DNA from: Octopus vulgaris
Lineage: Eukaryota
Assembly: GCA_951406725.2 (NCBI GenBank)
Contig: OX597818.1
Coordinates: 131,130,001 to 131,194,000, forward strand
Direction of reading: 5' to 3'
Length of the DNA: 64,000 nucleotides
Position numbers and translations under genes: made by a program. Below, piece after piece: positions 53,664 to 64,000 of the stretch (positions within the stretch are counted from its first letter, which is position 1; every line of letters begins with the position of its first letter). Below the pieces are notes generated by a model that worked only from the letters and a program-made list of their open reading frames with translations, made no database searches and was not told the origin of the DNA.

Positions 53664-54056
53664 AGGTGCAGGAGTGGCTGTGTGGTAAGTAGCTTGCTAA
53701 CCAACCATATGGTTGCGGGTTCAGTCCCACTGCGTGGCATCTTGGGCAAGTGTCTTCTGCTATAGCCCCGGGCTGACCATTGCCTTGTGAGTGGATTTGG
53801 TAGACGGAAACTGAAAGAAACCTGTCGTATATATGTATATATATATATATGTGTGTTTGTGTGTCCCCCTAGCATTGCTTGACAACCGATGCTGGTGTGT
53901 TTACATCCCCGTCACTTAGCGGTTCGGCAAAAGAGACCGATAGAATAAGTACTGGGCTTACAAAGAATAAGTCCCGGGGTCGATTTGCTCGACTAAAGGC
54001 AGTGCTCCAGCATGGCCGCAGTCAAATGACTGAAACAAGTAAAAGAGTAAAAGAGA
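53664..54056 (+). mobile_element. Young full-length SINE family B
   Basis: GGTGCAGGAGTGGCTGTGTGGTAAG...GGTTCAGTCCC...tail (GAGTAAAA)n. Confidence 0.9.
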
Positions 54057-54381
54057 GTGTGTGTGTGTCTGTCAGTGAGTATACACAACCCACACAATTT
54101 GTAATGCCCAATTATTCATATGCAGGCTACCACTGATTTCATGTGAGAAGTAGTCCCTGTTTAGCACTTGTGGTTATCCATCATCCTAGTCTTTCTAGAT
54201 AAACATTTTATGGCTCAAAACACCATTATAATAACCCTTTCGACTGAAGTACCATGACATGAAAATGTCTGGAATAGGGTCTACTTTCATGAAACCAGTG
54301 ACAACTTACATATAAATAAGTGTTATACTCATTATAAGGAAATGCTTCACTATTCAACTAAACTGAGATCTCTCAATACCA

Positions 54382-54607
54382 ATTTCTCTACTACCCACAA
54401 GGGGCTAAACACAGAGAGAACAAACAAGGACAAACGGATTAAGTCGATTATATCGACCCCAGTGCGTAACTGGTACTTATTTAATCGACCCCGAAAGGAT
54501 GAAAGGCAAAGTCAACCTCGGCGGAATTTGAACTCAGAAAGTAACGGCAGACAAAATATGGCTACGCATTTCGCCCGGCGTGCTAACATTTCTGCCAGCT
54601 CGCTGCC
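54382..54607 (-). mobile_element. SINE family A
   Basis: Full reverse complement; TCAATAC on both sides. Confidence 0.9.
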
Positions 54608-54968
54608 TCAATACTTGCTGATGCACACACTCATACACATGCACAAACACACACACCAAGTTGATTCGTCATTAGAATAAATTTGACTGTACTCTCAGTA
54701 TAGATTGTCCACATAATCGAATGTTTCAATGCTGTTCTTAAGACTGAATTCAAATGCCAGTTTCAAATTTGAGGCAGCAAAATTTTTTAGGGGAGGTTAA
54801 GTCCATAACGTAGACTCCAATTTATTGACTTCCTCCCCCCACACCTCCCTCCAAAATGATGAAAGGCAAAGCTGACCTCAGGAACATTTGAGCTCAGAAC
54901 AAAAGGAACAGAAGAAGTGCTGCTAAGCGTTTTGTCTGGTATGGTAACAGTTCTACCATCGCACCACC

Positions 54969-55196
54969 TTAACCCTTTCATTACTGAATTTATTTTGAGA
55001 TGCTCTGTGTTTCTTTCAATTACTTTAAATATAACAAAGAATTTAGTAAAATAAATTAGTTATCATTAAGCTAGTGTTAGAAACATAAATTGTGATTAAG
55101 GTTTGGTGGAAGATTTTAATTCAAGACTTATGAAAACAAGGCATTTGCATTTAGAACTAGAGCCGGTTTCAGCCGGGTTGGTAACGAAAGGGTTAA
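54969..55196. mobile_element. TTAA-flanked piggyBac-like MITE
   Basis: TTAA-CCCTTTCATTAC ... GTAACGAAAGGG-TTAA. Confidence 0.85.
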
Positions 55197-57043
55197 ATAG
55201 CATTAAAATAATGGTTTCAAATTGTGGCACAAGGCCAGCAATTTTAAGAGAGCGGGTTAGTCAATTCATCAACCCCCAGTGCTGAAATGGCATTTATTTT
55301 ATTGACCCCCAAAAGGATGAAAGGCAAAGTGAATATCAGTGGAATTTGAACCCTGAATGTGAAAACGGATGAAATATGTAGTGGCATTTTGTCCACTGTG
55401 CTAATGGTTTTGCCAGCATGCTGCCTTAAATAGCATTAAAATAATAATCTTACTATAACACACATATATGTGAAGCAGTGTGTGTGTATGTATGTGTATG
55501 TGTGTGTGTCTGTGTGCGCACATGTGTATGAGTAAAAGTTATTCTTAAGAGAAAGTAAAACTGATAAAATGGTGCATTTGAGACAACAAAAATAATTTCT
55601 AGTATACATTCTGCCTGGATTTCACAGGACATTCCCTTGTCATGTTTGCCATCGGAAATTCAGTGAACCAGTGATTGGCTCATTTGAAACATATAATGAG
55701 TATCGTCATTATTCACAATGATGTACAGAAGAAAAACAAAAAACAAAAATAAAAACACATTAAACACGTTACCTATTCTATAAAGCAAACAGACTGGACA
55801 TGGAAGTAACACCAGAAACAACAAAACAAATGTTACAAAGGAAATAAAGTAGATATGACACACAAAGATGTAACATTATCTACTTTGCTTTTGCCTTCCA
55901 ACAATACTGCTTAGACATACCACACTCCAGTGGTGTGCTAGCTTTTATGAATCTACTGAAAAACAGATGATAATAACGTTACTTTTCATCATCCTAATTG
56001 TCACTACTGTACACATATTTTCCACTTAGTTGTTTAATGGAGTTTATAGTATTTATATAGTAATAGGGCTACCATTTGATGTGCAACCCACTCTGGTTTC
56101 ATTGCATAATCAGAAGAACCGTCTTAATCCAATATTTACCAAAAGGTTAAATGAAAATGAAAGTAAACTCATGAAAGTTGTCTCTCCGTGAGGGTCTGTG
56201 TTTGAATGTACTTTGTCCACTACTAACTATTGTAACCACAGATACCTGAAAAAAAAAGCAAGCTCTCTATGAAATATGTGGACAAACACATAGACACGGG
56301 TGTATCCATGTATTTCATTGCATGCTTGGTCAGTAATTTGAAGGTATTTTCTCAGTATTAACTGCTATAGTCACTAATGTGCAAAATATTAAATACATTC
56401 TGTTGCTATATGTTTAAATATCTATATGTCAGTGTATTTCTTCATATAGGTGTGGTCAATTTGTATTGTGAATTGAAATATTTGTGTCCATATGCATATA
56501 CATGTGTGTATGTATGTGTATGCACACACACATATATATATATATATGGAGAGAAAGCAATAAATAGATGTATACATATTCTTATACATACACAAATATT
56601 CACACATATTCATTCATTCATTATAATATGATTTTCACCTTGTTTTAAATGGAGTCATAGTTCACGATACCCTTCTCCCCAAACTGCGGAACTGGTCTTA
56701 ACTAGACTGAAGATTCAGAATTCCATTTTGAACAAGGATAAAGTTTCAAAATAAAGAATGCTTTTACTTGTCCATTAGAAAACTTAATGTATTGCTTGTT
56801 CAGAATGTGAACAGAATTATGTAGAACAAACAGGAATGACATTATATAAAGAACAAATATGAGCTCCCAGCTACAGAAAATATCTCGCATTGAACATATA
56901 AATATATGTGCCAATAATCATCAACAAGATTTTAAATTATATATAATTATATATATATATATAAGTTCAGCAAAAATTTAGATTCAAATGAATATGATAC
57001 TTAATTTAGATGTTATCCATAAAAATCCTCGGGTGATTATAAT

Positions 57044-57081
<38 letters not shown>

Positions 57082-57084
<3 letters not shown>

Positions 57085-57253
57085 GGTCCCGGGTTGATTC
57101 GGGGTTAACCACAGTAAATAAGGTACTCAATACATAGCAGAGTAAAATTAATTTATTATATAGAAGGAGCTTCTACAGGACTAGAACTGTTTCATTCAAG
57201 AGAAATCTTTCTCTTGAATGAAACAGTTCTAGTCCTGTAGAAGCTCCTTCTAT

Positions 57254-57258
<5 letters not shown>
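57082..57258. mobile_element. Second copy of the 42067 fold-back element, inverted inside the hammerhead core
   Basis: Same left end; palindrome 57159-57254 centred on GAAA-TC-TTTC, so neither arm keeps a full CTGAAGA. Confidence 0.9.
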
Positions 57259-57305
<47 letters not shown>

Positions 57306-57895
57306 TATTAGACATGGGCAATTCTTTCTTGTCTTCGGATTCACGGTCAAACGGCTGGGTGGAATTGTGCGAAAAGCTACACAGATGTGTAGAATGATCC
57401 AGTGATAATGTTGGGCTTTGTATTTTTCATAGCTTCCATGGTTACCGAGATAATCTACTATAATAATACTCTTGTGTTTGTGAATGAGAAAGGAAGGGGT
57501 GTTAGATGAATAAGGAAGGAAGGGATGAAGTCATACTTGGTAGTGGGATGATGAAAATTGTATGCTGAAAAAATAAATCAAACAGCGTTTCAACTCTGTG
57601 TGAATATATGTGTGTGTATGCAAAAGGGGGTATATGAATGTGTGTGTGTGTGCACGCAAAAAGAAAGTGGGATGGTTCATCTTTGTTCGCTTAGTATTTG
57701 GGTTTATCTTTTGATTTGGTTGAATCTTGGTTGGTGTTTTTTGTTGGTCAGTTATTTTTAGTATTTTAAGAGAAAAATGTCATTCTAAAATTGTCTTTTA
57801 TAGTAAACTTGTCCAAACGAGTTGAATGCTTACACAGAGAAGGTTTTACAACCACATCATCCAAACTGAGCAGGTGAAAGCAGGCTTAGCTGCTA

Positions 57896-57946
<51 letters not shown>

Positions 57947-59087
57947 TACATACATACATACATGTATATATATCATGGAATTAGCATTCGCTTTTCTCAC
58001 TGTTTCTCACGGAACCCCTAGGAACCTTTTGTGGAACCCTGGTTGAGAATAGCTGATGTAGAGGAAGAATATCTAAACAAGAACAGTTAACTAAGGAGAC
58101 TGTATTGATAGAAAAGCACCAACTGTGTTTAAATAAGCACAACTGATTAATTTTCATTGCATTTAAATTTATTAATATTATTAATAGAAGAAAATCAATG
58201 ATCCACTTATCTCCCCAGTAATTGTCAATAGCAATCATTCATTACCTATCATGTTATCATAAACATCTATTAAGAAAGTAAACATTACGAACATCATTAA
58301 TTACAAAATCATAACTAACTTTAAAAAGTGAAACCGGTTGTTGACATAAGCATTACATTTCATACAAGTAGTTTTATCATAAACATTTCAGTGTATTTTT
58401 CTTAACTACTTTCATTGTCATTTACTATAGGGAAAACTTCATGACTATTTCACTGTATATGTCAGTCCGTATGTATTTGAGAGTGTGTATGTATTTGTAT
58501 GTGTGTGTGTGTGTGTGTGTGTGTATGTAAAGGCATGACTTTCTTCTACAACCCTGGACTGACCGAAATATTTTGTAAATGGAACTAAAAGTGTGTGTTG
58601 CATATGTGTGTGTGTACATGTATTCATTTATATGTAAGCATGTATGTGTGTTTCTGTCGCATCATCTTGACATAGTGTGGAAATTATAAATACTATTCAC
58701 CATAAAAAAAGAGTGTATGATAAAATGATGATGACATACACATACACACACACATAGATAATATATATCATAGCTCACCCAACCCACATCTCATTCACCA
58801 GCTATTACAAATAACGCCCACCCTACTCAATCTCTACAGTTGTCACCTACTCTTCCCTATCACTGCTACTGCTGCTGGTGATATATATATATGTGCGTGA
58901 ATGTATGTATGTGTAAGATATATATATATGTGTGTGTGTATGTATGTGTGTGTAAGATATATATATGTGTGTATATATGTGTGTGTAAGATATATATATT
59001 TATATATATATATATATATATATACATATATACATATGTACACATACATATACATATATATATGTATAGCCATATACACATATATAA

Positions 59088-59131
<44 letters not shown>

Positions 59132-60769
59132 TTGTATGTATATATATGTATGTATTCTATTATAGAATCAATCTTATTTACCTTTAGACTTTTTTTAGCA
59201 AACACTTTAATTCACAACAAATGTAAACATATCTCTATACTGAATATTTTGACGGACAAATCATACTTACATACATATTACAAACATAACGGCAAGCATT
59301 TCATTATGTACGTATGTATAAACAGGAAGGGATGAAAAGTAGCAAAATAGTAAAAAAAAGAAGGATTCAGAAATAACTAGTGAGTTATAGAATGCAACTC
59401 ACAACTAATGACTGATCAATATTCAAGTGCAATAAGGCAGTTGAGTTCGCAGAATCGTTAACATGCCAGACAAAATGATTAGTGGCTTTGCATCTGTTTT
59501 TATGCTTTAGGTTCAAATTCTGCCAAGGTCGATGCTGCCATTCGCCTCTTTTTAGGAATCAGTGTAATCCAACTTACTCCCTGCCTTGAAATTACTGGGC
59601 TTGTGCCTAACTTCGAAACCAATATTCAAGCACATTATTATTGTCAGAAATTTTTCTTTAAAAATTTTTTTCTACTCCTTACTCTCCTTATTTGTGGTCA
59701 TTGCACTTACACACATACGTGCGTGCACGCACACATACATACATACACATGTATAAACACATTAGCGTGTGTGTGTACATGTGTGTGTGTTATAATCCAA
59801 ATTGATTGAAGGAAGTCAGCCTTGCAAAGTAACTAACTCACTGTCCCATCTTTCGTTGGTTAGGCCTTACCAATCTGAAGAAAGGTAATCAAAATTAGGC
59901 AATTTGATGATTTAATTGAAATTAACAACGTCAACATCTACAGTGTAATTCCTGTTAGAAAATAACAGAAGAACTACTTTTGAAGTATTCATTAGAACTC
60001 GGAATTCCAAGAACTCAAAACGCTGTGGCTAATAAGTTTTTTAATTGAACATCTAGTTAGAAGGGAAGAAGAAGGAGGAGAAGGAGAAGAAGAAGAAGAA
60101 GTAAGAAGAAGAAGAAGAAAAAGAAGAAGAAGAAGAAGAAGAAGAAGAAGAAGACTACAAGCATCGCCACGATAAAGATGAAGGAAATGATAACAACAAC
60201 AACAATTAAAAAAGCATCTTAGGCCAAAACAAGGTATAATAATTGGGGGTAATATTCTTAAAAATGGAAACAGTATGTTTGATCCAATTTCGAAGCCTTA
60301 AAATGTTAAGAATTTTTAATTTATTGAAATACATTATAAAGAAGAAAAGAACAGAGAGAGAGAGAGAGAGGGGTGGTGGTGGCAAGAGAGGGCAAGGAAG
60401 AGAAGGAAATGGAAATAGAGAGAGATGAAGACAGATAATGGTAAGTAAGCAAAGGACTAATGAGAATGAGTAAGAGAGATAGGGGATTGGTAGACAGAGA
60501 AGAGGAGAAACAAGGAAGATGTACTCTCCTTCTGCGAAGTGAAAAACTAGTAGGAGGGCTTTAATCGAAATAAACTGAAGTGAAAATGAAAGAATGTTAG
60601 AATTACAGTTGGAAGCAAGTGAAAGAGGAACTGGAATCTTAGATTGAAAGAATGAGGAACAGATATGATTGTTGAATACCATTATTGATCAATTAATCCT
60701 CTAATCAAAGTGGAAATACGCAGGTTTGATTAGAAGGAACTAAAACAACAGCAATGGAAACAACAACGA

Positions 60770-60830
60770 CAGCAATGGCGATGATGATGGCGATGATGAT
60801 GATGATGATGATGACAACGCTGTTAATAAC

Positions 60831-60871
<41 letters not shown>

Positions 60872-61061
60872 TAATAATAATAATAATAATAATGATAATA
60901 ATGATAATAATAATAATGATAATAATAATAATAATGATAATAATAATAATGATAATAATAATAATAATAATAACGATAATAATAATAATGATAATAATAA
61001 TAATAATAGTAATAATAATAATAATAATAATAACAACAACAATAATAACAATAATAATAAT

Positions 61062-61108
<47 letters not shown>

Positions 61109-61150
61109 TAATAATGATAATAATAATAATAATAATAATAGTGGTAGTAA
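60770..61150. repeat. (GAT)n-(AAT)n array
   Basis: Seen directly. Confidence 0.95.
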
Positions 61151-61437
61151 TAATGAAAATGAAAAAATACCAAAAACAAAAAAAATAATGGAAAAATAAA
61201 AAAGTGCTGATATAAATTAACCTACAAAACACCGAGGCATGAAACAACAGAGTAAACAGAGTTAAAAAGAGAGAACTGTTTAGTCATGCACAATAATCTT
61301 ACTGTAAGGTGAAGGGGGTGGGGTGGGGGTGGAAGGAAAAAGAAAGAATGACTAATGGAAGAATGAAATAGTTACGTTGTAGTGAACGATAGTGATTATA
61401 TGCAAGCATATATGCCTACATACACATGCATATATAT

Positions 61438-61866
61438 ACTCTTACTCTTTTACTCTTTTACTCTTTTACTTGTTTCAGTCATTTGACTGCGGCCATGCTG
61501 GAGCACCACCTTTAATCGAGCAACTCGACCCCAGGACTTATTCTTTTGTAAGCCCAGTACTTATTCTATCGGTCTCTTTTTGCTGAACCGCTAAGTGACG
61601 GGGACGTAAACACACCAGCATCGGTTGTCAAGCAATGCTAGGGGGACAAACACAGACACACAAACATACACACACATACATATATATATATATACATATA
61701 TACGACAGGCTTCTTTCAGTATCCGTCTACCAAAATCCACTCACAAGGCATTGGTCGGCCCGAGGCTATAGTAGAAGACACTTGCCCAAGATGCCACGCA
61801 GTGGGACTGAACCCGGAACCATGTGGTTGGTAAGCAAGCTACTTACCACACAGCCACTCCTGCGCC
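61438..61866 (-). mobile_element. Young full-length SINE family B
   Basis: Complete reverse complement with (CTCTTTTA)n tail. Confidence 0.9.
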
Positions 61867-61876
61867 TATATACATA

Positions 61877-61935
<59 letters not shown>

Positions 61936-62125
61936 GTACATATATATATATATATATACGTGTGTGTGTTTGTGTATTTTTTTGCATGTTGTGTGTGTTT
62001 GTGTGGGTGTGTGTAGCAAGCATTCTATCAGTAAGTGGTGTTTGAGGCTTTAATTCTAAATTTCTAAATTTCAAGAAATCTGAAGAACCAGTGAACAACT
62101 GATAATGGGTACATGGGTACAAACC

Positions 62126-62313
62126 ATCATCATCATCATCGGTTAATGTCCGTTTTCCATGCTAGCATGGGTTGGACGGTTTGACCGGAGTCTGGAAAGC
62201 CAGGAGGCTGCACCAGGCTCCAGTCTGATCTGGCAGTGTTTCTACAGCTGGATGCCCTTCCTAACGCCAACCACTCCATGAGTGTAGTGGGTGCTTTGTA
62301 CGTGCCACTGGCA
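62126..62313 (-). mobile_element. Family C (RTE 3'UTR)
   Basis: (CAT)n-GGTTAATGTCCGTTTTCCATGCTAGCATGGG. Confidence 0.8.
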
Positions 62314-62326
62314 CACACACACACAC

Positions 62327-62370
<44 letters not shown>

Positions 62371-62437
62371 TTAGGGAGTAAATACAAACTTACAGGGAAA
62401 AATTAATTTAGGATTAAATCTAATTTTACAGTATAAA

Positions 62438-62684
62438 TATATATATATTAAATTAGAGATAAAACCACTATTAGGCAAATCAAACAGTGAAAAACATAAA
62501 CCAAAACATAGAAATAAAATTAATTAATATAATATACAAAATATATAAAATATAAAATTCATAAAATATAAAATTCAAAATATATATTTTATATATTTTG
62601 TATATTATATTAATTAATTTTATTTCTATGTTTTGGATTATGTTTTTCACTGTTTGATTTGCCTAACAGTGGTTTTATCTCTAA

Positions 62685-62700
<16 letters not shown>
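62438..62700. repeat. AT-rich fold-back palindrome in (TA)n
   Basis: ATTAAATTAGAGATAAAACCACT...TATACAAAATATATAAAATA mirrored at ~62584-62700. Confidence 0.9.
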
Positions 62701-62722
<22 letters not shown>

Positions 62723-62923
62723 TATTGGTATGCAGAAGACCTAAGGTGGCAGGTAACGCTATGTAAGTGCTATGGAACGACCGTAATTAAACTCTCGGTT
62801 CGATAATGATTCGAGTGAGGAGGCTAATGCTGGTCCTGAATGAACATGTACATGTTAAATAAAATGAGACAACAAAGTCAAGATTGTGTGGAATTTTCAG
62901 TACATTTATAAAGAGAAAGTTAG

Positions 62924-62969
62924 TCTTACAGCTGTTTCTGGGATATTAGGGATATCCCTTCATCAGAGA
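62924..62969 (-). ncRNA. Type I minimal hammerhead motif
   Basis: Minus strand TCT-CTGATGA-A-GGGATAT cccta ATATCCC-A-GAAA-CAGCTG-T-A-AGA. Confidence 0.75.
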
Positions 62970-63115
62970 GAAATATTAGAGTTCAATATAAGGAGTTATT
63001 TTGCAAAAGGAAGCAAATAAGGATTATATAGGGAGATAGGAGAAGACCCCTTATTTGCTTCCTTTTCCAAAATAACTCCCCATATTGAACTCTAATATTT
63101 CCCTCTATTTAACCA

Positions 63116-63161
63116 TCTCTGATGAAGGGATATTCCTAATATCCCAGAAACAGCTGTAAGA
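63116..63161 (+). ncRNA. Type I minimal hammerhead motif
   Basis: TCT-CTGATGA-A-GGGATATT cct AATATCCC-A-GAAA-CAGCTG-T-A(63158)-AGA. Palindromic stem III ACAGCTGT. Confidence 0.8.
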
Positions 63162-63431
63162 CCAACTTTTTCTTTATAAATGTCCTGAAAATTCCACACA
63201 GCCTTGGCTTCATTGTCCCATTATATTTAATATATATATATATATATATATATAACATGTATTTTATATAGAGAGGTACATATGCATACACTTGTATATA
63301 TATGTACATGTAAACATACATATATATATTTATATGTAAATGTACATATATGTGTATGTGTGTGAATGTATATGGAAATGTATGTATATATATATATATA
63401 TAAAATAATATGTACATTTACTCAATAGTCA

Positions 63432-63494
63432 AGATAAAACTCTGAGTTTCAGATGCCGAAGTGGAAATCCACAACACCATCTCTTCGGTTATCT
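63432..63494 (-). ncRNA. Type I hammerhead motif, same family as 40817/40896
   Basis: AGATAA-CCGAAGA-GATGGTG tt GTGGA tt TCCAC tt CGGCATC-T-GAAA-CTC a GAG-T-T-TTATCT; not folded back here. Confidence 0.7.
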
Positions 63495-64000
63495 GGCCAT
63501 CTGAAAAAACGCTATGAAAAAATACCGTTATATAAAGGGAAATTACTGTGTTATAATTCTGCTACTTATATAAAATAAGATTAAAATTTCATAGTAAAAC
63601 ACGTAAACATGGCTAATCATACGCTCACATGTGCGCTCGCGGACCCACGTGCGTACTTATGCGTCACTATGAAAACGTACACATCTTCACTCGCATTTTT
63701 CGCCAAATATATACGCATATATATACAAACTCATACACACACACATGCGTACTGTAAAAATTCATACATACATCTATATACGCACAAGCACAAGAAAAAC
63801 CATGGTTACAGGAAGTATACAAAGCATAAAAACCACGTTCATATATGGACATGCCCTTATGCACTCATACACACACACACCCATATATATACATACCCGC
63901 ACATGTTTATATACGCAAGGAGGGTCAATCCGAGTAAAATATAAATCAAAGGAGTCCATAGGTAAAAAATAGTTGACAAAAACTGGAATAGATTGTACAT

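Larger units (their letters stand above)
62885..63200. repeat. Fold-back palindrome carrying two opposed hammerheads
   Basis: TGTGTGGAATTTTCAG...GCAAATAAGG mirrored by CCTTATTTGC...CTGAAAATTCCACACA, with a small indel. Confidence 0.95.

Overview
AT-rich, microsatellite-dense eukaryotic non-coding DNA, probably intergenic or intronic. The repeat repertoire suggests a coleoid cephalopod, probably Octopus (inference from family recognition, no search run). No intact host protein-coding gene is supported; almost all listed ORFs are translations of microsatellites or SINEs. The window is a nested mosaic of tRNA-derived SINEs, RTE and R4/Dong LINE 3' ends, decayed Penelope-like element (PLE) RT and GIY-YIG fragments, mariner/Tc1 relics, hAT and TTAA-flanked MITEs and a non-autonomous Helitron. 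The main hidden signal is about 10 near-intact type I hammerhead ribozyme (HHR) motifs from at least 6 unrelated sequence families, plus several decayed ones. They sit in short elements inserted in or next to (TA)n tracts. Many form head-to-head fold-back palindromes whose inversion point lies at or just upstream of the ribozyme. One locus (13.5 kb) has two tandem HHRs plus a G-U-rich antisense arm that could switch one off. Another (38.1 kb) has hammerhead parts in a non-canonical, pseudoknotted order. All structures were derived by eye and none is tested.
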